64,000 bases of DNA from Fidelibacterota bacterium (lineage in GTDB: Bacteria > Fidelibacterota > UBA8477 > JABMPR01): positions 36,180 to 100,179 of the forward strand of contig JAERTJ010000086.1 of the NCBI GenBank assembly GCA_016844945.1. The letters run 5' to 3'. The translations under genes and the position numbers were made by a program. The notes under the pieces were generated by a model. It did no database searches. It was not told where the DNA came from and worked only from the letters and a program-made list of their open reading frames with translations. The number at the start of each line of letters is the position of its first letter. Position 1 is the stretch's first letter. Below are positions 29,190 to 39,357 of this stretch, piece by piece.

Positions 29190-29251
29190 CATTTCGATGG
29201 ACATGCAAATCCAAATAAATAGTTTCTCCAATACTTTTACGGCAATCACCC

Positions 29252-29677
29252 CTATCTAAGAATCACCTGTGGATCAGATGTTATCAGGTAAGGTGTTTTA
29301 TAAATGAGGTGTGAGGGTGCTGTTTCACTTACTTCAAAAAAGCCTTTGTAGCTCCAGATGCGGAAACCCAGATAGGGTACGTAGCAATCAACGATGTATT
29401 TACCTGGATTCAGAGTAATGGAGGTAAGGGTGTGCCATTTTACTTCCTCCTTGAAGACAATTTCACGAGTAAGAAACTCTCTGATAGTAACTTGAGGTCC
29501 CTGCCAGGTCAACAGACTGCTTTGCCTGGGCGCTTTAAACACCAGACCAGTTTCAAAACCTTCATCCCAAACTATTGCAGGCGGCGAATTGTCCAGGATT
29601 ATGGACTTGGATAGCATACAGCGATTAAGACTGAGAACCATCAGCAAACCTAGCATGACAGCAGTTGCTCTGACCAT
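29252..29677 (-). CDS. Hypothetical secreted protein.
   Basis: An ORF with an N-terminal hydrophobic signal (MVRATAVMLGLLMVLSL). I recognised no family. Confidence 0.4.
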   Translation of the reverse strand: MVRATAVMLGLLMVLSLNRCMLSKSIILDNSPPAIVWDEGFETGLVFKAPRQSSLLTWQGPQVTIREFLTREIVFKEEVKWHTLTSITLNPGKYIVDCYVPYLGFRIWSYKGFFEVSETAPSHLIYKTPYLITSDPQVILR

Positions 29678-30076
29678 TTAGTTCCTCAGGTTAGGATCAT
29701 TCGTACTCATCCATATTGCAAACATCATCTAAAAGATAGAAGAATCTATCCCTGTGCTCCAAATTGTCAAGAATGGGATCTATCCACTATTTATCAAAAC
29801 TATGTGCGTTGATCTCGCACAATGGTACAGGTTGATGATATTTTATAGCTGCTATTTGGAATTTTACTGATCCGAATAATTACGGGTGCGAACAACCTAA
29901 GCGTCCATAATTTAGGTTGCAATTGGAGTATTTTTTGGTAAGGATCACCTCATCGGGCAAAAACATCTTAGGGTTTTTCCTAGCTAAGCTGGGAGGTTTC
30001 CCTGATTTTTGTCCTTACAACCCTGCTTTTTTAAATTCTTTTAGGGAGTAGCCAGGTTTTGTCTTAAAGTTTGGCT

Positions 30077-31087
30077 ATGAGACCCATAGACCGACCTGTA
30101 AAGACGCGTATTCAAGACCTGAAGGTCGGTATGTTTGTCCAGATGCCAGGCAATTGGACACAGCATTCTTTCTTTCGCAGTAAATTCTTGATAAAGAGTG
30201 ATGAGCAGATATCCAAGATCGTTAAAAGTGGTCTTTCTACGGTTATAGTTGATCCACTAAAGAGTCACATTCGTCCGGAAATCAAAAAAAAGCCCGTATA
30301 CATCCCTAAGGCACCCGAGAAAAAGATTGAGCCCAAAATAGATTTGGGACCCCGTTTATTGCCTGCTGGCTTTAGTGCTTTTTTAACCGATGCTACCGTA
30401 GCTCCAAAACGTAAAGCCAGTCATCTCTATGAAGTCTGTCTTTATGTGATGGACAAGGTCTTATTGAATCCAAATATAGGCAACATCACGCAGTTTAAGA
30501 TGGGTGTGTCAGAGATTGTCGATCTGCTGGTATCTGACAAGGATACTGCAACCCAACTTTTTCATCTCACATCCCGGGATCATTATTCCTTCACGCATTC
30601 GATTAATGTTGGTGTTATGTCAATCCTCCTCACTAAAGCTCTATATGGTGAATCAACACCCCCTAATATGCAGGAATTAAGTTCCGCCTACTTTTTACAT
30701 GATATTGGAAAAAGCAAAATATCAGACGAGGTACTATACTCAACTCAGGAATACTCTGAGGACGAGCGGACGATAATGGAAGCCCACCCCATGGATGGAC
30801 TCGATCTTCTGGAAGAAGCCAATCTGCTCAGTGATGAAAGCAAAATTATCCTCTCCCAGCACCATGAACGTGAAGATGGATCTGGATATCCAAATGGGCT
30901 CCAGGGTGATGAGATTCACATCTACAGCCGTATATGTGCCACTGCTGATGTGTTCGATGCTCTGACATCAAGACGCCTTTTTAAGCCATCCCTCCTCCTC
31001 TATGATGCGCTGCTATTGATGAAGTATGATAAAGGGTTGCATCTGAATAAGGAAGTATTCTCGGCATTTGTACAATTGTTTAAGTAA
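30077..31087 (+). CDS. HD-GYP domain protein (putative c-di-GMP phosphodiesterase) with a DUF3391-like N-terminus.
   Basis: Motifs HSINVG, LHDIGK and HHEREDGSGYPNGL. An alternative TTG start is at 30071. Confidence 0.85.
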   Translation: MRPIDRPVKTRIQDLKVGMFVQMPGNWTQHSFFRSKFLIKSDEQISKIVKSGLSTVIVDPLKSHIRPEIKKKPVYIPKAPEKKIEPKIDLGPRLLPAGFSAFLTDATVAPKRKASHLYEVCLYVMDKVLLNPNIGNITQFKMGVSEIVDLLVSDKDTATQLFHLTSRDHYSFTHSINVGVMSILLTKALYGESTPPNMQELSSAYFLHDIGKSKISDEVLYSTQEYSEDERTIMEAHPMDGLDLLEEANLLSDESKIILSQHHEREDGSGYPNGLQGDEIHIYSRICATADVFDALTSRRLFKPSLLLYDALLLMKYDKGLHLNKEVFSAFVQLFK

Positions 31088-31372
31088 ATGATCCCCAATC
31101 GGGTTCATTTGCACCTTCTTATTCAACTATAAAAGTATCATAAATCTAAAGCAGGGAAGCCAAAACCCCATCCCACACCAATGGCTGTCAACCTGCTTTG
31201 ATTTAATTGCCTGAACACAGCAGTTGCCTTATATTAGCCGCACTTCTTTACAGAATTTCTTACAGCATTTACTCCCACTGTTTTCCAAGGTTGATTCAAA
31301 ATATTCAAGAGCCAAAGATGATCCATCTAGATCATCCGGGCAGATAGGCAAAATCAATAAAGGAGGGGTAGA

Positions 31373-32554
31373 ATGACTTCTGGTCAAAGATTCACAAAGC
31401 GTATTTTCATCGTCACCTGTGCAATTTTATTGAGCACAGGCATAACCGTCGCTCAAGGAGCTTACACAGACTTTGACATATACTCGGTTAATGTCAGGAC
31501 AGGTGAACTCACACAGCTAACAAGTATACCAAATGCAGGAGAATTTAATGCCTCGTGGTCTAACAATGGTAAACTGATTGCTCATGATGTGGTAGATGGA
31601 CCTGCTGCACTCGGTCATGCTATTTACATCACAGAAGTAAGGACGGGTATCAGTACTCCCCTTGCTGGCGCAGAAGGTGGAAATGATGCAGTATGGGCAT
31701 CAGCTGGTAACAAAATTGCATTTGATCGTATCCCCGTGGGTGATGCCAGCATCTATGTTACCGTACGTGGTGAGAGTACCAGAACTCTCATTAGAAGCGA
31801 TGCAGTTGGACCTGACTGGTCACCTGGCAGTAGCTATCTTGTTTTCTCCCAACCCAGTGACGGATCCATCAGAACAGTCCATGAAGGTGGTGGAACAGCA
31901 ACGCTCATTGGCTACGGTCTATATCCAGTATGGTCCCCCAATGGTAAATGGATCGCTTTTGTATCTGATGGTCATATCTGGAAAGTCAGAGTAAATAGCT
32001 CTGGGGTTCCCCTAAGCGATCCAATACAGGTAACGACTGATCCAGGGTATTACTACCACACGTCCTGGTCCAACAATAGCAGAACCATCGTTGTTCAAAC
32101 AGGTCTAAGTGGTGATCATGACCTATTGACCATTCCTGCTTCAGGTGGAGCTTTGTCTGAATTGTTTACCGATGTAGGCTTTGGTGAATATGATCCATCC
32201 TATTCAAGGAATGGACGATATGTAGCCTTTTCAGGGTACACTGACCCCTCTCTGGCTAAACCGATTACCTCACCGGAGATCACGGCACCTGGCGGCTTCA
32301 CGCTTTGCCAAAATTATCCCAACCCGTTCAATCCAAGTACTTCCATATCCTACACCCTGTCAGAAAGTGGGAATATCAGCTTGAGGGTTTATGATTTTAT
32401 GGGAAGGTTAGTCGCTACCCCTGTTGCTGGTCACCAGGATGTGGGTTTTCATTCAGTTCAGTTCACTGCTGAAAATATGAGCAGTGGCACCTATCTTTAT
32501 GTCTTACAAACGGATGGCTCCCAAGAAGTGAAGAAAATGATTCTCCTAAAGTAA
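31373..32554 (+). CDS. TolB-like (PD40/WD40-like) beta-propeller protein with a T9SS C-terminal sorting domain.
   Basis: AAGGAGGGG RBS and a signal peptide. Repeated SWS.NG..IAF/..D.. blades. The C-terminal domain reads CQNYPNPFNPSTSISY...GTYLYVLQ...KKMILLK. Confidence 0.8.
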   Translation: MTSGQRFTKRIFIVTCAILLSTGITVAQGAYTDFDIYSVNVRTGELTQLTSIPNAGEFNASWSNNGKLIAHDVVDGPAALGHAIYITEVRTGISTPLAGAEGGNDAVWASAGNKIAFDRIPVGDASIYVTVRGESTRTLIRSDAVGPDWSPGSSYLVFSQPSDGSIRTVHEGGGTATLIGYGLYPVWSPNGKWIAFVSDGHIWKVRVNSSGVPLSDPIQVTTDPGYYYHTSWSNNSRTIVVQTGLSGDHDLLTIPASGGALSELFTDVGFGEYDPSYSRNGRYVAFSGYTDPSLAKPITSPEITAPGGFTLCQNYPNPFNPSTSISYTLSESGNISLRVYDFMGRLVATPVAGHQDVGFHSVQFTAENMSSGTYLYVLQTDGSQEVKKMILLK

Positions 32555-32582
32555 TATATCCATTATCTAATGAGTCAACAGG

Positions 32583-32616
32583 AAGCCCCAAGTATTTGCT
32601 TGGGGCTTTACTTTTT
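32583..32616 (+). terminator. Rho-independent terminator.
   Basis: AAGCCCCAAG-tatttg-CTTGGGGCTT followed by TACTTTTT. Confidence 0.75.
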
Positions 32617-32844
32617 ATTAAAGCGTCTCAAGCAAAGTAGATTGGCTGATTGAATAGATGTTAATAAACGGCTTTTTTTTCGATCTCAATAATTATGAAT
32701 CTATAGTGGATAATTGTTTGTGTCCTTTATTGAGATACGGAATGAGAATATATTCTTAAACTGACACCCAATCTCTGATTCATAGGTCAAATCATAGGCA
32801 ATTCAATTGTTAATGCTAAATTGTTTTAGAAGGAGAATACCACA

Positions 32845-33561
32845 ATGAATCTGAAAACCTCATTTGTCCTTGCTTCATTCATCCTAAGCTCCATGGTTTG
32901 TATCCATTCCTGTGAAGAAGCTGATGAGGATGATTTGAACCCTCATATCGGTTTACCCACAGCTTTTCCCCTTGAAACTGGAAACGCCTGGATTTATGAG
33001 CGTCATTATTATGAAGATGATGTCGATTCAGTTGTTTTAGATACCCTATATATCTCCGGACAATATGAAGATTACTTCAAATATACATGGAGACCAGATG
33101 AGTATGCATCTCTAGTTAAAAATTTGGATGGCTTACTATTGTCGTGTGGTCGCATCGACTATACAGGTGACGGAGATACATTGATGTACGAGATCCCCAG
33201 CATCTGGGCATTTTTTGCAGAGGATACAGGGTTTGTCGATTTTACTAAACATAGTGAGTATAGAATTTATGATGAGAAAATTCATATTGGAATAGAGTCA
33301 AATATTGAGGCTTTTGGTAACTTCTATAGTGGATATGTGGCAAGTCGTATCGATACCTCAATCAATGAGATACTCAGAGATCAAGTCACGACCCGAGCAG
33401 GATTTTACCAATGGCGTCATTATGATCAAGAAACTCAGGTGAAGTATAGAGAGAGTATAATGATTCAGCAGCTAAGGAACTTTTTACCAAAGCCATCAGT
33501 TCAGAAAAGGTTCACTAAAAAAGGCTCAACCACTCTACCATTAACAAGTGATGGCTTTTAA
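32845..33561 (+). CDS. Hypothetical lipoprotein.
   Basis: GAAGGAGAA RBS and a lipobox-like signal SSMVCIHSC|EEADEDD. I recognised no family. Confidence 0.55.
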   Translation: MNLKTSFVLASFILSSMVCIHSCEEADEDDLNPHIGLPTAFPLETGNAWIYERHYYEDDVDSVVLDTLYISGQYEDYFKYTWRPDEYASLVKNLDGLLLSCGRIDYTGDGDTLMYEIPSIWAFFAEDTGFVDFTKHSEYRIYDEKIHIGIESNIEAFGNFYSGYVASRIDTSINEILRDQVTTRAGFYQWRHYDQETQVKYRESIMIQQLRNFLPKPSVQKRFTKKGSTTLPLTSDGF

Positions 33562-33669
33562 AGACAAACCCGAAACTATTCATTAAGAAAAGCCTCCTGG
33601 TAACAGCTGAGGGCTTAGAAGTTTATCTCTTGATCGAACGATCAAATGAATGAGGGCTTTTGCCGTTGT

Positions 33670-35208
33670 CTAACCCTCTCGCGAAGTCAAATACTTCGTA
33701 CGATTGACAATACCTGAATACGCAAGATCCAGATGCTTCGCCAAAAGTTTCTTATTGTAATTGTTCAACTTATAGTGATAAGCCAGCATATCCTTTTCAA
33801 ACTGTTCATTGATATCAACCCAACTTTTATCACGATGCAGGCGAGAATACTGCTGTAAACCCTCCACATAGTTGTCGCTGGGGATTTCCACATCATTCCG
33901 ACGAAAATTGGGGAAAGTAATACCCCTGCTGCGCAATCGTTCGGTTGCAGAATAAAAGGAGGATGCTGGAAAGTCTAATGCTTCAAGCGTTTTATTCCCA
34001 ACACCCGTGTTCATGTAATGATATAGGAACAGATTGTAGTGGAAGAGATCCTTGATTTTGACCCAGGTTAGTTCCTTAGAAAACGAGAACAAATCTTCAT
34101 TGGCTGATTCTGCAGCTTCACCAGGGAAGTGTTCTTCAAGAAAAATCACATAATCGTTTAGCAAACCTTGTCGTTTCGAATCGATCGGCACTCCACGTTT
34201 AGCAAGAGCCATAATGGACCCAAAGGCCTGTTGGTAGTAAAAGAAAGCTTTGTTAATGTCCTTAAACTCTCGATGATAGATCTCACCCAGCAAGACACTG
34301 ACAGCGGCGAGCTCAGATCCGATAGAGAAGCGTTGACAGACTTCCATACAGGATTTAGCAGCTTCCATCGCTTCATCGATATTGTTTAACTTGTAGTTTA
34401 GTTCACTTACCTTAAGGAGTATACTCGCTTTGTAGTAATTGTTATCTACTGATTTCAGCAGACCGGTAAAATACCCGATTGCTTCAGAATCCCGGCTTTG
34501 CTCTTCAAGTAAACATCCTTTTGTATAGTCGATGTTCCAGCGCAAATGTTGATACCCAGCCAGAGTCGCCATCTCATGCGCCTGATCCAGGTGATCACTT
34601 GCATCAGATAAATTGCCCTGATCAGCCAGAAACAAGGCCAATTCAAAATGTGCCTGGGATTCCATCACCGTCATGTTGTACTTGTTAAAATAAGCAATAC
34701 TCTGTAACCACTTCTTCAGGGTGGAGCGTTTTTGGGTCCGGCTATCAAACACCAACTGCTTGTAAGCCACCATTTGTTTCATTTTATTGGAAGAGGCAAC
34801 ATTTCGAGCCTTATCCAGATACATCAATGAAGCATTCAGATCACCAATTCTATACTGAAAATCTGAATAATCGTAATAGAAATACGCCAGGGCGTTTTCC
34901 TGCTGGGTGCCCTTATTCAGGTTATTGATTTTTGCCCAGACTTGATCATAGAGTTCAATGGCGAATGCATAATTACCTTCAAGACTGGCGATCCGGGCAT
35001 AGGTAATTTTGTTCAATGCCTCAAGCATTCTATTTCTGCGATCAGAGACTTTCCCCTGATCCAGGAGCATGGCAACTTTGTCTTCACTTATAAAACCAAT
35101 TTGACCAAGTAAACCATAACACTCAGCGGCGTGAAATTTTTCTACCACCTCAGTGCTTTCTGCAGTTTTGTTTAGTTCATTGCTGAGAAGATGTTGTCGT
35201 TGTGTCAT
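33670..35208 (-). CDS. TPR-like repeat protein with two C-terminal helix-turn-helix-like segments (putative regulator).
   Basis: Recurrent A..Y...A......G....A helical repeats. HTH-like segments are GNKTLEALDFPASSFYSATERL and NKKLLAKHLDLAYSGIVNRTKYL. Confidence 0.55.
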   Translation of the reverse strand: MTQRQHLLSNELNKTAESTEVVEKFHAAECYGLLGQIGFISEDKVAMLLDQGKVSDRRNRMLEALNKITYARIASLEGNYAFAIELYDQVWAKINNLNKGTQQENALAYFYYDYSDFQYRIGDLNASLMYLDKARNVASSNKMKQMVAYKQLVFDSRTQKRSTLKKWLQSIAYFNKYNMTVMESQAHFELALFLADQGNLSDASDHLDQAHEMATLAGYQHLRWNIDYTKGCLLEEQSRDSEAIGYFTGLLKSVDNNYYKASILLKVSELNYKLNNIDEAMEAAKSCMEVCQRFSIGSELAAVSVLLGEIYHREFKDINKAFFYYQQAFGSIMALAKRGVPIDSKRQGLLNDYVIFLEEHFPGEAAESANEDLFSFSKELTWVKIKDLFHYNLFLYHYMNTGVGNKTLEALDFPASSFYSATERLRSRGITFPNFRRNDVEIPSDNYVEGLQQYSRLHRDKSWVDINEQFEKDMLAYHYKLNNYNKKLLAKHLDLAYSGIVNRTKYLTSREG

Positions 35209-35746
35209 AGTATCCCATCCTATCCCCCCGATACTTTTGACGTCGTGTCAAAAAAATTGACTATTAAACTTCCTCTGAATTTTTGGAGTGCTCTATCCTC
35301 AGGCGAAAAGATAACGTCCATAATCAGCACTAACAAACTAAATACTGATTTTAGGCTATAATAGTCAAAATAAAGGATACATTTTGATTATATTTACACT
35401 TTTTCTTACTTTTTGTAAAATTATTTATTGGAGGCATCCTGATTGTGGCAGCAATTAGACTACAGAAAACGAATTTGTCGGCAGAAAACATACGCAAGGA
35501 ATCCAGGGCAGGATCAATAGTTGGTCGTAAATCATCGCCGGAGTACAAGAGTTGGGAACCGATGATGGCTTCATCATTACACTGATAAGGCACTACTCTT
35601 GACACGCCAGGAGAAAAGATTCAATCACTTGGATTACATTCTCATCTCTCCTTCATCCTTTTTCCTGAAGTATTACCATTTATATTTCTTGCCTCGCGGA
35701 CGCTCACTATGTGGTCCATAATGATAAAAAGGATACGGATATACTT

Positions 35747-37543
35747 ATGTCTGAAAATATGTTAACTGAAATACAGGAACTGGAAACCGTCTTCAACACT
35801 GATGAAGGTACTGTCAAAGCCGTAGATAAAGTCACATTCTCACTGGAAAAAGGTCGGACAGTAGGCGTTGTTGGGGAATCAGGCTCCGGGAAGTCAGTCA
35901 CTTCACTTTCACTCATGCGTCTAATCCCCAATCCTCCCGGTCAAATTGTGGGTGGTAAACTCATGTATCATTCACGCAGTAAAGGTCTGGTGGATCTCAC
36001 CGAAGTCCCTGAAAACGAGATGCGGGAATTTCGTGGCAATGAAATCGCTATGATATTCCAGGAGCCCATGACTTCCCTGAATCCCGTATTTACCTGCGGT
36101 AATCAGGTAATGGAAGCCCTGATCCTGCATCAAAATATGTCAAAACTGGAAGCCAGAGCAAGGACGCTAGAATTGTTTAAAGAGGTTGAGCTTCCACGAC
36201 CCGAAAAAATAATCGATGCATATCCACATCAGATTTCCGGTGGTCAGAAACAACGGGTTATGATCGCTATGGCTATGTCCTGTAACCCACAAATCCTCAT
36301 CGCAGATGAACCCACTACAGCACTGGATGTTACGGTGCAAGCCACTATCCTTGACTTGATGCGAAAATTACGAGACAGTCATGATATGGGAATTATCTTT
36401 ATAACGCACGACCTGGGTGTCATTGCTGAAATTGCTGATCATGTCGTGGTCATGTACAAAGGCATAATTGTAGAGCAAGGATCGGTCTGGGAAATATTTT
36501 CCAATCCTCAACATCCTTACACAAAAGGCTTGTTAGCCTGTCGTCCGCCCCTGGATCAGCGCCTCAAACTGCTGCCCACCATGGCTGATTTTATGGATGA
36601 GAGTGATTCAGGGGAAATGATTGAAAAAAAGAGATCCGTCACTGAGGCTATCCATGACCTCATTATCACCCCCGAAGAAACGAAAAAACGACATGAAAAC
36701 CTATATGATCAGGAAGCCATCCTCAATGTAAAAAACCTGAAAACCTATTTTCCTGTCCGAGAAGGGCTATTCAGCAAAGTTGTCGATCATGTGAAGGCTG
36801 TTGATGATGTAAGTTTTGATGTCTATCCCGGAGAAACTCTGGGGCTGGTTGGTGAATCAGGTTGCGGAAAAACAACACTCGGTAGAACTATTTTACGTCT
36901 GATTGAACCGACCGAGGGTCGAATCGTATTTCATGGGAAAGACATTACGGACATTGGTGGTGATGAACTGCGGGACATTCGCAGACGTATCCAGATCATT
37001 TTTCAGGATCCCTATTCCTCACTGAATCCGCGTATTACCATTGGATCTGCCATCATTGAACCTATGCAAGTTCACAATTTACATGGTGATGATATTACGC
37101 GTCGAAAAAAGGTCCAGGAATTGTTAGAACGAGTCAATCTCGATCCTGGCCATTATAATCGCTATCCTCATGAATTTTCAGGGGGCCAGCGCCAGAGAAT
37201 CTGTATAGCCCGCGCTCTGGCAGTACAGCCCGAATTCGTGATTTGTGATGAATCAGTTTCTGCACTGGACGTCTCAGTTCAAGCCCAGGTATTGAACCTG
37301 CTCAACGAACTCAGAGACGAGTTCGGACTCACCTACATTTTTATCTCACATGACCTCTCTGTTGTCAAGTTTATGTCTGACCGTATGGTAGTTATGAATG
37401 AGGGTAAGATTGAGGAAATGGACGATGCAGATATGGTTTATCAGAATCCACAAACCGATTATACAAAACGACTCATCGCTGCGATTCCCCGTGGAGACTT
37501 GAAAGATATAGAGAAATCTTATCTCTCAAGAAAATTGGATTAA
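35747..37543 (+). CDS. ABC transporter ATP-binding protein with duplicated ATPase domains (Dpp/Opp-type, YejF/GsiA-like).
   Basis: Walker A GESGSGKS and GESGCGKT. Signature motifs ISGGQKQR and [16 protein letters not shown] is the oligopeptide-type C-terminal motif. Confidence 0.9.
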   Translation: MSENMLTEIQELETVFNTDEGTVKAVDKVTFSLEKGRTVGVVGESGSGKSVTSLSLMRLIPNPPGQIVGGKLMYHSRSKGLVDLTEVPENEMREFRGNEIAMIFQEPMTSLNPVFTCGNQVMEALILHQNMSKLEARARTLELFKEVELPRPEKIIDAYPHQISGGQKQRVMIAMAMSCNPQILIADEPTTALDVTVQATILDLMRKLRDSHDMGIIFITHDLGVIAEIADHVVVMYKGIIVEQGSVWEIFSNPQHPYTKGLLACRPPLDQRLKLLPTMADFMDESDSGEMIEKKRSVTEAIHDLIITPEETKKRHENLYDQEAILNVKNLKTYFPVREGLFSKVVDHVKAVDDVSFDVYPGETLGLVGESGCGKTTLGRTILRLIEPTEGRIVFHGKDITDIGGDELRDIRRRIQIIFQDPYSSLNPRITIGSAIIEPMQVHNLHGDDITRRKKVQELLERVNLDPGHYNRYPHEFSGGQRQRICIARALAVQPEFVICDESVSALDVSVQAQVLNLLNELRDEFGLTYIFISHDLSVVKFMSDRMVVMNEGKIEEMDDADMVYQNPQTDYTKRLIAAIPRGDLKDIEKSYLSRKLD

Positions 37544-37585
37544 AACAAAAAGTTTGGGAGAGACTATTGAATCTCCCAGTTGAGA

Positions 37586-37909
37586 TTATTTACGTTTCTT
37601 GGAAGCCTCTTTGAGCTTCTTATCCACGTCATCGATGACTTTATCAATTGCTTCTCGCCGTAGATCGCCTGTGGCATCATCAATTTTATCCATAGCTGAT
37701 TTGCCCATGTTAAGCTTATCCTTGATGAGTTTCATTGGATCATCCTCAGTCATATAGAGGTAACCGACATACGCCAGGATGACAACAAAAACAATCATCA
37801 TCATCTTGAATACTTTTTTTAACAGGAAGATTACGATTCCGATGACAACGACACCGGCAATGACCATATAGAGTTTATTACTCAACAGAAGATCTAAGAG
37901 ATCTTGCAT
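37586..37909 (-). CDS. Small two-TM membrane protein with a charged C-terminal tail, hypothetical.
   Basis: LYMVIAGVVVIGIVIFLL and MMMIVFVVILAYVGYLYM. Confidence 0.5.
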   Translation of the reverse strand: MQDLLDLLLSNKLYMVIAGVVVIGIVIFLLKKVFKMMMIVFVVILAYVGYLYMTEDDPMKLIKDKLNMGKSAMDKIDDATGDLRREAIDKVIDDVDKKLKEASKKRK

Positions 37910-38075
37910 CTGATATATCCTTTTTTATCTCTTTTGGAGGCGTACGGACAAGCCCACATTCCGAAACAGCTTAAACGCCTGTTTGTCTGAATTCTGAAAT
38001 CATGCGATGTTAATACTCGCTTCAGAAAATCAAAATAAAAATTGAATCTATATGGCCACCGCTGTATTCATGCAT

Positions 38076-38441
38076 CTATGATTGTTTCAATCGCATGGGT
38101 TTCAACTCCATTTTGCACTCTGCACATCTTCCTGCTGCATCATGTCTGATGTGACTATGAATCAGCATGGGGCAACCCCAGTATTCCATTTTGTCTTCTG
38201 TGGTAATCACTCCAGGTACCAGCTTCATATTGCATTCACCACACTCACCTGGTTCAGCAGAATGAATATGCTTATGCGATTCCATGGGACAGGTATAATA
38301 AATTAACTTCTCCCCCGACGCTTCAGCTTTTGCCATTTGCATCCCTGCATGTGATTCAGATTTCATTGCTGGAGCATCTTTCTGTCCACCACATCCAATC
38401 ATCATTGCCATTATTACAATTGCTGCAATTAAGTATTTCAT
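38076..38441 (-). CDS. Lipoprotein with two heavy-metal-binding domains (HMBD, the YTCPMH...C..C type).
   Basis: Lipobox MMIGC. The two modules are YYTCPMESHKHIHSAEPGECGECNMKLVP and WGCPMLIHSHIRHDAAGRCAECKMELKP. Confidence 0.75.
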   Translation of the reverse strand: MKYLIAAIVIMAMMIGCGGQKDAPAMKSESHAGMQMAKAEASGEKLIYYTCPMESHKHIHSAEPGECGECNMKLVPGVITTEDKMEYWGCPMLIHSHIRHDAAGRCAECKMELKPMRLKQS

Positions 38442-38478
38442 ACTATTTCCTTTTTTAGTTTGTTAAAAATATATTTTT

Positions 38479-39041
<563 letters not shown>

Positions 39042-39056
39042 ATAACTCTCCTTTAC

Positions 39057-39323
39057 TTATGCTTTGCCAAACCACATTAATACGCCAATCGAGATAAAAC
39101 TAACACTGGCTATTTTAGTAATTATTTCCGGAGGGATTCTGGTCTGGACCCAATCTCCCAGAAGCACAGCTATCCCGGTTAAGACAGTAAATGCCAACAT
39201 TGACCCTAGAAATACAGCCCAGGGTCCATAACCTTTCCCAGTCATAGCAAGAATTGCCAACTGTGTTTTGTCGCCCAACTCTGCAATAAATATTGCTCCA
39301 AATGCCAACCATACCGCTTTCAT
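39057..39323 (-). CDS. Half-size UPF0016 (GDT1/TMEM165) family cation transporter subunit.
   Basis: The signature ELGDKTQLA, with three predicted TM helices in 88 aa. Confidence 0.75.
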   Translation of the reverse strand: MKAVWLAFGAIFIAELGDKTQLAILAMTGKGYGPWAVFLGSMLAFTVLTGIAVLLGDWVQTRIPPEIITKIASVSFISIGVLMWFGKA

Positions 39324-39357
39324 TTCAACAATCCTTTCAAATCATCGATCCTGAATT

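Noticed and set aside
29016-29249. Two 68-aa ORFs on opposite strands.
   Set aside because: Both overlap the tRNA-Lys gene and its terminator.
29079-35208. Possible genomic island integrated at tRNA-Lys (a hypothetical-rich stretch downstream).
   Set aside because: I saw no integrase or recombinase, no direct repeat of the tRNA 3' end in the intergenic regions I read, and no obvious compositional break. It is better treated as ordinary variable chromosome unless a search finds att repeats.
35351-35605. 84-aa minus-strand ORF in the 35.2-35.7 kb spacer.
   Set aside because: It has no RBS and an implausible composition. It overlaps a plus-strand small ORF that does have a GGAGG, and neither is strongly supported.
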